Of a stretch of 32,000 nucleotides of DNA, positions 14,609 through 22,381 are shown piece after piece. The position numbers and the translations under genes are program-made. The notes under the pieces were generated by a model. It had not been told where the DNA came from. It searched no databases and saw only the letters and a list, made by a program, of their open reading frames with translations. Source of the DNA: Nitrososphaera viennensis EN76 (GTDB taxonomy: Archaea > Thermoproteota > Nitrososphaeria > Nitrososphaerales > Nitrososphaeraceae). The stretch spans positions 2,250,001 to 2,282,000 of the forward strand of contig NZ_CP007536.1 of assembly GCF_000698785.1 (NCBI RefSeq), in the 5' to 3' direction. Within the stretch, counting starts at the first letter, position 1, and the number at the start of each line of letters is the position of its first letter.

Positions 14609-14747
14609 ACGAACTGCAAAAATGTTACATTGATAATATGTGTTATCCCGTTTCTAATCTTATAGAAATCTCGCGCAATTCCCTCAAGACGCTGCCTTGA
14701 GCCGTTTCTGCAAAAACAATATCAACTACGTAATATATCGTCTGAGC

Positions 14748-15173
14748 ATGGCCAAAAAGTCAGCAGGTGGAAGTAAAACAAACGGCATCGTCATAAAAGC
14801 AAAGGCGACATCTTCGAGGATTCTCGAAATAGGACAGAACGGGATCAGGACCGAATTTTCTAACAAGGGCACGATGAGCGGCAAATACCGCGGAGTTCAC
14901 TGGGATACTGTAGAGACGCAAATGAACATCGACGGGACGTCAAGCTGGCGCGTCAAGTTTATTCAGATGACTGACAAGGGAGACATGCTTGTGGGAGAAG
15001 GGGAGGGAACAGGAGAAGCTCCCAATTCTAAAGGCGTTGCAAAACTAAAAGGCAGGGGAACGGTAATGACCGCTTCTGAAAGGCTGGCAGAATTAAACGG
15101 CAAACAATGGATCTGCGAAGTAGACAACAATGTGGCTACTGGCTTTGCCACAGTACGTGTGACTTTTCAGTAA
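14748..15173 (+). CDS. Hypothetical soluble protein
   Basis: 141 aa from the ATG at 14748 (MAKKSAGG...). The longer ORF from 14697 has a non-ATG start. It is divergent from the NirK-like operon. Confidence 0.55.
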   Translation: MAKKSAGGSKTNGIVIKAKATSSRILEIGQNGIRTEFSNKGTMSGKYRGVHWDTVETQMNIDGTSSWRVKFIQMTDKGDMLVGEGEGTGEAPNSKGVAKLKGRGTVMTASERLAELNGKQWICEVDNNVATGFATVRVTFQ

Positions 15174-15189
15174 GTAGAGCCTGTCTTTC

Positions 15190-15206
15190 TTTTTTGTTAA
15201 TTTTTT
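15190..15206 (+). terminator. Two T6 tracts downstream of 14748..15173 (archaeal oligo-T terminator candidate)
   Basis: TTTTTTGTTAATTTTTT lies 17 nt after the stop codon. Confidence 0.35.
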
Positions 15207-15279
15207 ACTTTATCTTGAAAAGATACTATATGCGTGTTTTGGGTTAAAAATGGAAAAAGGAAGAAGAAGATGGCCAGGC

Positions 15280-15960
15280 TTAGAAGCCCATGCCTCCCAT
15301 CGGACCTTCTGATGTCTCATTGCCTGGCGGCGGTTGCATCATTTGGCCGCCTGGACCGCCAAACATCCCGCCATGCGGACCCATCATCATGCCTCCGTGC
15401 ATGGCCCCAAGCTGGGCAAGCGGTATTGCCTGAGATGCAAGGACGCTTCCGTCGCCGGCATCGACGATCACCGAGTGTAACATTTCGTTGTTTATGTCAA
15501 CTACTATGACGCTGTATACCAAGAAGCCCTGCACTACATCAAGGTGACCTACAACTGCCGTTCCGTTGGCCTGAGTTTCTGCCGTAGCGACTGCTTCGCT
15601 GAGCGTTACGTTCAGGTTTTCAGTCAAGAAGTCTTTTATCGCTTGCTTGACGTCTATTGTGCCTGTTATCTGACCCGGTTGACCTAGCTGCTGACCTTCA
15701 GGTTCTGGAACCGTCTGGTTGCCATTATCCTGTATCGTCGTTATTCCGTTGTTGTTGTTATTATTTACAAAAGCAACCGTCTGGGTGCTATTGCCGCCCG
15801 GAGCTGTTTGGTTTCCACCTGGACTCGTCTGGTTTCCTTCCGGGCTGGCCAGGTCTTGCGCGAACGCAGCCGGCGCCACAATAGCCGGCGATGCAACTGC
15901 AAAGCCCAAAGCCAACAGGGAAAGAATAAACGCTGTTTTATTTCCTGTTAGACTTGACAT
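15280..15960 (-). CDS. Secreted/anchored PepSY-like domain protein with a sequon-rich linker and a Met/Gly/His-rich C-terminal tail
   Basis: N-terminus MSSLTGNKTAFILSLLALGFAVAS. Linker GNQTSPGGNQTAPGGNSTQT. PepSY-like core ...VVGHLDVVQGFLVYSVIVVDINNEMLHSVIVDAGDGSVL. Tail MHGGMMMGPHGGMFGGPGGQMMQPPPG...PMGGMGF. Confidence 0.75.
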   Translation of the reverse strand: MSSLTGNKTAFILSLLALGFAVASPAIVAPAAFAQDLASPEGNQTSPGGNQTAPGGNSTQTVAFVNNNNNNGITTIQDNGNQTVPEPEGQQLGQPGQITGTIDVKQAIKDFLTENLNVTLSEAVATAETQANGTAVVGHLDVVQGFLVYSVIVVDINNEMLHSVIVDAGDGSVLASQAIPLAQLGAMHGGMMMGPHGGMFGGPGGQMMQPPPGNETSEGPMGGMGF

Positions 15961-16009
15961 TACCCAAATGTAGCAGCCATGGCTTTAAAGGCTTGAGCAA
16001 AAATGATAG

Positions 16010-16022
16010 GTAACGCGGTTAT
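16010..16022. promoter_or_regulatory. Palindromic operator candidate GTAAC-GCG-GTTAT
   Basis: It matches RTAAC-N3-GTTAY. It lies about 63 nt upstream of the start at 15960, just beyond the TTTAAA box at 15984-15989. Confidence 0.5.
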
Positions 16023-16143
16023 CGGGAATATGTAAGGTAGAATCAACGGCGTTAAGTTTTCTGGTAATTCTATATTGAAAAAATCTCTGATATTTTGAGA
16101 TCAAAAATAAGAAAATCTGGAAAAAATGAGGTGGCGTCAGGGA

Positions 16144-16644
16144 TCAGGACTGAGTTCCCTGAGGTCCTGATTCAGGAGCAGCGTGGTTCCACGAGCCGTA
16201 CCCGTGAAATCCGTGGCCCTTGAAGCCATGTCCGCCAAACATGCCAATTCCGCGGCCGCCGCCCATCTGGATGTCGCCGGACGTGTGGAGCACTTGGCCG
16301 TTTCCTGCGTCAACTACAACTATGTGTCCTACTTGTGTATCAGCGTTGACTACAAAGAACTTGTAGGCGAGGTAGCCCTGAACAACGCCAAGGTTGCCTG
16401 ATACTATCGTGCCATTCGCAACCTGCGCAGCAGCCGTGTCTGCGGCAGCCGTAAACGACACCTTCAGATTGTCCTTGATGTAGTTCTGCACGGTTCCCTT
16501 GACATCCACCGAGCCTTTGATGCTTGGGGCGGTTTTGTTCTGCTCCTGAGCGAACGCGGTCCCTGCAGCCAGCGCGGTTATCAGCACTGCCGCTACTGCA
16601 ACGGCTGGGATCACGACGCTCTTTCGAAGGTATGGGTTTCCCAT
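16144..16644 (-). CDS. Secreted PepSY-like domain protein with a Gly/His-rich tail
   Basis: It has a signal-like N-terminus. Core ...VSGNLGVVQGYLAYKFFVVNADTQVGHIVVVDAGNGQVL. Tail MGGGRGIGMFGGHGFKGHGFHGYGSWNH. Confidence 0.75.
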   Translation of the reverse strand: MGNPYLRKSVVIPAVAVAAVLITALAAGTAFAQEQNKTAPSIKGSVDVKGTVQNYIKDNLKVSFTAAADTAAAQVANGTIVSGNLGVVQGYLAYKFFVVNADTQVGHIVVVDAGNGQVLHTSGDIQMGGGRGIGMFGGHGFKGHGFHGYGSWNHAAPESGPQGTQS

Positions 16645-16693
16645 GATTGGTGTAGTTGGAAAAATAGTTTTAACCCTTCTTTACAAGTGATAG

Positions 16694-16706
16694 GTAACAA
16701 AGTTAC
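16694..16706. promoter_or_regulatory. Palindromic operator candidate GTAAC-AAA-GTTAC
   Basis: Perfect inverted repeat, about 62 nt upstream of the start at 16644. Confidence 0.5.
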
Positions 16707-16909
16707 TACAGTTAAAATGATGATGTTTCATATGCAGACACTGCTCACTTTGAGAGGCGTGTTTTTCCATCAGATTCAGAAACGAATGATTCAGAAACCT
16801 GATGATTTAAAAAAAGAAAAAGAGAAAGTGCCCACCCGTTGTCATTTGCTTGACTTTTGTGGGCCCTCTGTCTGTGTGTGCAAGATTCGTTGCTTTGGTC
16901 CTTGCTTTC

Positions 16910-17185
16910 TTAACCAGTCATGTTTCCAGTCTGGTTTCCGCCAGTCATGTTTCCACCCGGAAGCGGGAACGGAGGAGCTGGAGGAGTTGCCTGGTCTGGA
17001 TTTGCTTCAAAAGCCGTCTGGGTCATGTTTCCAGTCACGTTTCCAGGCGGCGTCACGTTTCCACCCGGAGGAGTCACGTTTTGCGCGAAAGCGACTGGTG
17101 TTGCTATCGCCACTGATGCGACGGCAAAACCTGCAGCCAGCAACGCAAGTACGAACGCCCTTTTGTTTCCTGTTAGACTTGACAT
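16910..17185 (-). CDS. Truncated paralog with signal anchor plus NxT-repeat linker only and no PepSY core (possible gene remnant)
   Basis: The start is taken at the MSSLTGNKRAF Met (17185), by analogy with its paralogs and the TTTAAA box at 17211-17216. The product is 91 aa with 7 N-x-T sequons. Confidence 0.5.
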   Translation of the reverse strand: MSSLTGNKRAFVLALLAAGFAVASVAIATPVAFAQNVTPPGGNVTPPGNVTGNMTQTAFEANPDQATPPAPPFPLPGGNMTGGNQTGNMTG

Positions 17186-17236
17186 CGCTGAAATGTTGCG
17201 CAATACTGGCTTTAAAGGCTTGAGCAAAAATGATAG

Positions 17237-17249
17237 GTAGCGAGATTAT
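17237..17249. promoter_or_regulatory. Degenerate operator copy GTAGC-GAG-ATTAT
   Basis: It occupies the same position relative to the start at 17185 as the site at 16010. It lies next to a 33-nt block identical to the 15960 promoter. Confidence 0.35.
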
Positions 17250-17442
17250 CCGGAACATTTAGAGCAAAATTTGCAAATACTATTTTGGCTGTGAAATGTC
17301 TGGAAGCTCTCTTTGAACTTCTTTCTGTTTAGCGCCACTCGCAGGCATTTTTTCGCAATCAACGCAATCATAGGTCTGACATGCCCTGTCATATCTAGAA
17401 ATGGGTAATTTGAAAAAAGAGATAAAGGAGGACGAAATCGCG

Positions 17443-18153
17443 TCAGAAAACGCCTCCGATGCCCAGGTCGCCCATAGGCGCTCCTTCCGAAGTGGTGAGT
17501 ACATTTCCTGTTCTCGGGTCGACGACTACCTGGAAGAGCATTCCATTGTTTACGTCTATCACGGTGATATTATACACCGGATTGCCCTGCATTATCTCAA
17601 AGCTGCCTGCAATTGCCGTGCCGTTGACAAACTGTCCTTCTGCAACGTCAGCAGCGTCCACCAGCGTCGCAGTCGCGTTTCCACTGTCTAGAAATTCCTT
17701 TCCTCCTTGACCACCAATCGTGCCTAAAGGCGTTCCTTCAGAGATGGCAAGTACAATTCCGCTGCTGGGGTCGATGATCACGCTGTAGGCAGTATCATTA
17801 CCAATGTTGGCCACTGTGGTGTTGTACACCAGGTAACCCTGCACTACATCAAGGTGACCTAGAATTACAGTTCCATTGACAACTTGATTCTCTGCTATAT
17901 CTGAAGCATCGACAAATGTTGCGTTCAGGTTTTCATTTAAAAAGTCCTTTGCTGCTTGTTGGGCATTTATGGAGCCAGTTATCTGAAGGGATGTCTGTGT
18001 GGCATTACCTCCTTCCGGACTGGCTGGCGGGACTTGCGCGGAAGCAAGAGGCATCATCACCACTACTGCTGTTGTACCCAGTGACGCAACCGCAAAGCCG
18101 ACCGCCAACAGGGCAGGAATAAACAATTTCTTGTTTCCTGTAAGACTTGACAT
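17443..18153 (-). CDS. Secreted/anchored protein with two PepSY-like domains
   Basis: N-terminus MSSLTGNKKLFIPALLAVGFAVAS. There are two copies of the ...G(H/S)(L/F)(D/E)(V/I)(V/M)QG(Y/N)(L/P)VYN(T/I)TV... core. Confidence 0.75.
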   Translation of the reverse strand: MSSLTGNKKLFIPALLAVGFAVASLGTTAVVVMMPLASAQVPPASPEGGNATQTSLQITGSINAQQAAKDFLNENLNATFVDASDIAENQVVNGTVILGHLDVVQGYLVYNTTVANIGNDTAYSVIIDPSSGIVLAISEGTPLGTIGGQGGKEFLDSGNATATLVDAADVAEGQFVNGTAIAGSFEIMQGNPVYNITVIDVNNGMLFQVVVDPRTGNVLTTSEGAPMGDLGIGGVF

Positions 18154-18202
18154 TACTACATTCTTGTAACTACAATTTTAAAGAATTGGGAAAAAAGAAT
18201 AG

Positions 18203-18215
18203 TTAAGAAAATTAC
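18203..18215. promoter_or_regulatory. Degenerate operator copy TTAAG-AAA-ATTAC
   Basis: It lies about 63 nt upstream of the start at 18153. It matches the extended site at 16689-16706 at 14 of 18 positions. Confidence 0.3.
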
Positions 18216-18244
18216 CGACACATCTGATAGAACCGTGGCAACTA

Positions 18245-18646
18245 CTATCTATTCTGCCCCGCGTTATTCGCAGGTTCGTCTTCGTCGAATTTCTTGTCAA
18301 TCTCTTCCTGCAGTTTCTTGTACCTGTCGTACTTTTTGGTCCACTTTGAAAGGACCAGCCACTGCCTTATGCCAATCCCAAGCCAGACTATTGATACTAT
18401 CCATGGCAGCTGCCTGAGAAACACCCTTTCCTGGTGTATTTCCCGGAATCCTCCCGGGCCAGGCATGAAAGGCTCCGTCAGGGCGTTTACAATCAGGAAC
18501 GTCAGGGGCGGCACTATCATTCCCGTCAGTACCATGACTATGAACAGCCTCTTTGTCCTGTTAAGCTCGAAAATTATGCCGTCTATTATCTTGAAGAGGT
18601 TCTCGCTCTTGTTGCTGTGGTGATGGTCCTTGCCTTCGTCAGACAA
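18245..18646 (-). CDS. Two-TM membrane protein downstream of the wHTH regulator
   Basis: 133 aa with two hydrophobic helices and a charged C-terminus. TTG start, 38 nt after the regulator's stop. Confidence 0.5.
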   Translation of the reverse strand: MSDEGKDHHHSNKSENLFKIIDGIIFELNRTKRLFIVMVLTGMIVPPLTFLIVNALTEPFMPGPGGFREIHQERVFLRQLPWIVSIVWLGIGIRQWLVLSKWTKKYDRYKKLQEEIDKKFDEDEPANNAGQNR

Positions 18647-18684
18647 CCCTCTGCTTCACCTCCGCTGCGCAGCCTGGAAACATT

Positions 18685-18984
18685 TCAATCATTTGCTGTA
18701 GTATCTCCCCTTGGAAACAGCTCTTCGTATGGCTCAAGGACGGCCCTGAGTATCTCCTTTCCCTTTTCCGACACGCTGTATTTTATTATCATCTTGCTCC
18801 CCCACGGTTCTTCTTTTCTGGTTATCATGCCCTTGTTGACCATCTCGTCAAGTATCTCCCTGTGCTTTGCGTTGTTGAGGCCACAGTAGCTCATGAGTTT
18901 ACTCTGGTTCAATTCTCCATGTTCATACAGCTTGAGTATGATGTCCTTTCTGATGTAGATCCTTTCTCGATATTCATGCACCAA
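18685..18984 (-). CDS. Small winged-helix transcription regulator (archaeal HTH_45-like)
   Basis: 99 aa. The pattern ...DIILKLYEHGELNQSKLMSYCGLNNAKHREILDEMVNKGMITRKE...KYSVSEKGKEIL fits small archaeal wHTH proteins. It is divergent from the ABC operon. Confidence 0.65.
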   Translation of the reverse strand: MVHEYRERIYIRKDIILKLYEHGELNQSKLMSYCGLNNAKHREILDEMVNKGMITRKEEPWGSKMIIKYSVSEKGKEILRAVLEPYEELFPRGDTTAND

Positions 18985-19076
18985 TTCAACTCATGCAATA
19001 ATTGCTTGTTCTCTTCATCCTGCATTGTCATCTTTCTATATAAATAATTGATCATGCTCTCTCCCTCAGAGACAAA

Positions 19077-19089
19077 ATAACAACGTTAT
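19077..19089. promoter_or_regulatory. Palindromic operator candidate ATAAC-AAC-GTTAT
   Basis: Perfect inverted repeat in the divergent region between the regulator and the ABC operon. Confidence 0.45.
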
Positions 19090-19134
19090 TCATGTAGATC
19101 GGAATGTCATCCTTGCGCCCTAAAAAGTACAAAG

Positions 19135-19147
19135 GTAACAATGTTAC
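19135..19147. promoter_or_regulatory. Palindromic operator candidate GTAAC-AAT-GTTAC
   Basis: Perfect inverted repeat 67 nt upstream of the ATG at 19202. The flank GTTACTTGTCATTTGTAAA resembles GTTACCTATCACTTGTAAA at the 16644 promoter. Confidence 0.5.
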
Positions 19148-19201
19148 TTGTCATTTGTAAATAACACTTATTACGAAATTTTCTTACATTTTTTTCTGGG
19201 T

Positions 19202-19594
19202 ATGGCAGTAAAAAGAAGAGTATTACATTACGCAGCAGCCGCTGCGACCGCGATTGGAGGCATACTGCACCTCATCCTTGCGCCAAACATGCTTGGATTC
19301 AACACCAATACGGGCCTGTTTTTCCTCATAGGCGGGATCGCCCAGGTCTTCTGGGTCGTACCGACGATAAGGAGGTGGGGCAAACCATGGTACGCGGTCG
19401 GCATTGGCGGCACGGCTGTCCTGGTGGCGGTATACTTTATCACAAGGGTGCCGGGCAACCCGATCACCGGCAGAGGAGGCGGCGTGAATCCGATGGCGAT
19501 TGCAGTCGAGGTTGCGCAGCTGGCGTTCATCGGACTGTGCATCGCGATTCTTGCAATGGCCGGGAAAAAGAAAGAGGAAGCAGGCAAAAAATGA
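19202..19594 (+). CDS. Four-TM membrane protein, first gene of the ABC operon
   Basis: 130 aa from the ATG at 19202, with four hydrophobic helices. Its stop overlaps the next start (ATGA at 19591-19594). Confidence 0.6.
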   Translation: MAVKRRVLHYAAAAATAIGGILHLILAPNMLGFNTNTGLFFLIGGIAQVFWVVPTIRRWGKPWYAVGIGGTAVLVAVYFITRVPGNPITGRGGGVNPMAIAVEVAQLAFIGLCIAILAMAGKKKEEAGKK

Positions 19595-20361
19595 CGCACC
19601 CTTATCATCATCATGATCCTTCTGCAAGGCCGGAATTCCATGAAGAAACAGGAGGTGCCGCGGACTTGCCCAGAGATATCGCGCTGGAAGCGAAGGACCT
19701 GTACAAGGTGTTTGGCTCGGGTGCCGGCAAAGTGGTGGCACTAAAGCACGCGACTTTTACAGTGAAAAAAGGCGAGTTTGTGGCCATAGTCGGGCCTTCA
19801 GGAAGCGGCAAGTCCACCCTGCTCAACCTCCTTGGAGCCATCGACAGGCCTACTTCGGGCAAAGTCATCATAAACGGAGTGGACATTTTCTCTCTCGGCG
19901 ACCAGGAAATAGCAACGATGAGGAACAAGCTCATCGGCTTTATCTTCCAGTCGTACAACCTGATAAACAGGACCACGGTCCTGAGAAACGTCGAGCTCCC
20001 TGCAATCGTGATGGAGATAGGCAAGGAGGAAAGGCGCAACAGGGCGCTAAAAGTGCTTGAAGTGCTGGGAATAAAGGACAAGGCAAACTTCAAGCCGACA
20101 AGCCTGAGCGGAGGGCAGCAGCAGCGAGTCGCCATCGCAAGGTCGCTGATGAACAATCCTGCAATCCTGCTTGCTGACGAGCCGACTGGAAACCTTGACA
20201 CCAAGACGGGAAACGAGGTTTTCGCGCTCTTGAAAATGCTGTCGCACAAATTCCGCATGACGATAATAATGGTGACGCACAACCCAGAGCTTGCAGCCGC
20301 CACCGACCGCGCCATCTACGTCAGGGATGGTGGCATCGAAAAGGAGGTCAGGAATTTATGA
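19591..20361 (+). CDS. ABC transporter ATP-binding protein, MacB/LolD-type
   Basis: Walker [10 protein letters not shown], signature [15 protein letters not shown], Walker [14 protein letters not shown]-loop VTHN. It also has a His-rich N-terminal extension, MTHPYHHHD. Confidence 0.9.
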   Translation: MTHPYHHHDPSARPEFHEETGGAADLPRDIALEAKDLYKVFGSGAGKVVALKHATFTVKKGEFVAIVGPSGSGKSTLLNLLGAIDRPTSGKVIINGVDIFSLGDQEIATMRNKLIGFIFQSYNLINRTTVLRNVELPAIVMEIGKEERRNRALKVLEVLGIKDKANFKPTSLSGGQQQRVAIARSLMNNPAILLADEPTGNLDTKTGNEVFALLKMLSHKFRMTIIMVTHNPELAAATDRAIYVRDGGIEKEVRNL

Positions 20362-22367
20362 TGAGGATGATGACGCCTGGCAGCAAAGTTAGCGCAGGCA
20401 CGCGGATCCTGTCACTCCTTTTAATCGGAATCCTGCTCTTTTCTCTTTCGTCGGTCGTCCTGACAGGCGCAAGCGCGCAGAGCGAGCTACCGCAACCATC
20501 CGAGAGGCAGATCATCGACGCGTCAGTGAGCGGCCCAGCGTTTCTCAACGCATATTGGATCGACCGCAGCACGAGCACCTCTGCTGCCGCCGATGTCCGA
20601 AAAGAAGTCGGGCCGGGAGATGGCGCGTCGACGCTGGCCGTGGTGATGGTGAACAGGGGGTTCTCTGCAATCACCGGTGTTACCGGCCTGCTTACCCTGC
20701 CAGCAGGATTCTCGTCCAATGGCAGGGCCTCTCCCGGTGGCACCGCCCTTGCCACCGTTGACAGCGTGGTGGACGCTGGCCAGACATTCATCCTGTACTT
20801 TGACCTGGATGTCTCTAACAGCACCCATGTCGGGACGTACAACACCGCGCTAAAGGTAGAATACCAGAGATTGTATGAAACTGGGAGCCCGCGGAGTAAC
20901 GAGGACACCATCCCGTTCAGGCTGACTGGCAAGGTCATCCTTGATCCTGTAGCAGTCACGCACAACCTGGTACCCGGCGTGTCAAACAACGTCGACATTG
21001 CGATAAGGAACACTGGCAGCGCGCCTGCAACCGGCGTGATAGTGTCGATAACTGGCATCAGCATAAACGGCGGATCGACAAGCACAATTGAGAGCTCTTC
21101 AGGCGCAACAATCAGGCCGCAGATAACCAACTTTGGGACAAACACCTTTACCCTCGGCACGATACCGGCAAGGTCAAACGCCACGCTCACCACAACCTTG
21201 TTTCCAAACATATCCGCGGGAGGAAACACTGCAGGCATACAACTGCAAATCACGTACAACGATGCGACAGGCAGCGCCAAGACCCTGACGCCGGCGATAG
21301 GGGTCATTGTGCTGCAGAATGCGCCCTCGGTCATTGGCGTGAGGGCTTCCTCGGGCGAGAACCAGACCGACAACCGCATAGTCGCCGGCAAGGCGGATAA
21401 CTTTGTCCTTGAAATCGCAAACAAGGGCACCAGCAGGATAAACAACGCGGTCGTGACCATGCAGTCCAGCTCTACTTCTCTGAACATACTTGGCGATTCA
21501 AAGTGGGCAGTAGACGAGATCGACCCCGGCTCGCAGGCCAAGCTTGAAACTCAGGTGTTTGCATCAACCTCGCTTATCGGCAACCCGGCAACGTTTGACG
21601 TGACCATCGACTACATCCTTGACGGGTCGCCCAAGACGGAAAAGTACGTCCTTGGGACATATGTTGACGGCGAAATAGTGCTCCGCGTCTACGGTTTATC
21701 GATCAACTACGTCGGAGCCACGCCTACCCTCGTCGGCAACATACTCAATGAGGGCAACACCGCGGCATTTTTCACGACAGTCGAGCTGGTGCAAGCACCT
21801 GGAGAAAGCCAGCCTGCTCAGCGGGGCAACAACTCTGCTGGCAGTAGCGGGCAGTCCAGCTCTCAATTTCCGCAACAGGGCGCTACCCCGGGCGGCGGGC
21901 AAAGGAACAACAATACTGCCGCCACCGCGCCTGCCCCGCAGTACCTTGGCGACCTGACGGCAAACTCGCCGCTTCCATTCAGCATACCGATGGACATCCC
22001 GCGCAACTCTGCAGCCGGCACGACGCATCCCGTGACGCTAAAAATAACCTACAAGGACAACCTGAGAAACTCCCACGAGTTTGTAACCAGCGCAAATGCC
22101 GTCTTGGCACAGCAACAGGCTTCTGCATCTCCTGCAGGGAGAATAATCCAGAACCAGAACGGGAGCCAATTCTTCATGATGGTAGTAATAATAATAGGCG
22201 TCGCAATAGCGGCCGCAGCAGCCGCCTTTTTCGTAGTCAAAAAGAGGCGCGCAAATGCAAAAAAGCTGAAAGAAGTTCAGGATGACGGCCCTGACAAGCG
22301 CAAGAACATCGAGGACATACTGGAAAACCCTGCTACGGATACAAAAGATCCGCCGACATCATCGTGA
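20358..22367 (+). CDS. Large surface protein with repeated CARDB/COG1361-like beta-sandwich modules, an N-terminal signal and a C-terminal TM anchor
   Basis: 669 aa. Recurrent ...(I/V)xNxG(x)xxAxxVxV... modules include DIAIRNTGSAPATGVIV, LEIANKGTSRINNAVVT and VMVNRGFSAITGVTG. There is a Gln/Ser/Gly low-complexity linker. The C-terminal helix FFMMVVIIIGVAIAAAAAAFFVV is followed by KKRR. Confidence 0.75.
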   Translation: MMRMMTPGSKVSAGTRILSLLLIGILLFSLSSVVLTGASAQSELPQPSERQIIDASVSGPAFLNAYWIDRSTSTSAAADVRKEVGPGDGASTLAVVMVNRGFSAITGVTGLLTLPAGFSSNGRASPGGTALATVDSVVDAGQTFILYFDLDVSNSTHVGTYNTALKVEYQRLYETGSPRSNEDTIPFRLTGKVILDPVAVTHNLVPGVSNNVDIAIRNTGSAPATGVIVSITGISINGGSTSTIESSSGATIRPQITNFGTNTFTLGTIPARSNATLTTTLFPNISAGGNTAGIQLQITYNDATGSAKTLTPAIGVIVLQNAPSVIGVRASSGENQTDNRIVAGKADNFVLEIANKGTSRINNAVVTMQSSSTSLNILGDSKWAVDEIDPGSQAKLETQVFASTSLIGNPATFDVTIDYILDGSPKTEKYVLGTYVDGEIVLRVYGLSINYVGATPTLVGNILNEGNTAAFFTTVELVQAPGESQPAQRGNNSAGSSGQSSSQFPQQGATPGGGQRNNNTAATAPAPQYLGDLTANSPLPFSIPMDIPRNSAAGTTHPVTLKITYKDNLRNSHEFVTSANAVLAQQQASASPAGRIIQNQNGSQFFMMVVIIIGVAIAAAAAAFFVVKKRRANAKKLKEVQDDGPDKRKNIEDILENPATDTKDPPTSS

Positions 22368-22381
22368 GTGTGTAATGTGCG

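Noticed and set aside
14624-14647. GTTAC-ATT-GATAA and GATAAT-ATGT-GTTATC near the NirK-like promoter as further operator copies
   Set aside because: The half-sites are related, and ACATTTTTGC resembles the ATCATTTTTGC flank of the PepSY promoters. However, the orientation or spacer (N4) differs from RTAAC-N3-GTTAY and the distance to the start is shorter. This is not enough to include it in the regulon without a binding test.
16481-16487. Extra exact TAGTTCT matches at 16481 and at 30322
   Set aside because: Both are inside host coding regions (a PepSY gene and kdpC, each on the opposite strand) with no start codon 35 nt downstream. Their number fits the chance expectation for a 7-mer in 21 kb.
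16687-17240. Three overlapping + strand ORFs (178, 88 and 106 aa) across the 16910..17185 region
   Set aside because: They are generated by the short tandem GGAAAC(A/G)TGAC-type repeats. The minus-strand frame has the conserved MSSLTGNK N-terminus and promoter shared with its paralogs.
20348-21541. 397-aa minus-strand ORF antisense to the CARDB-like gene
   Set aside because: It is a shadow ORF inside a coupled + strand operon, and its translation has no recognisable features.
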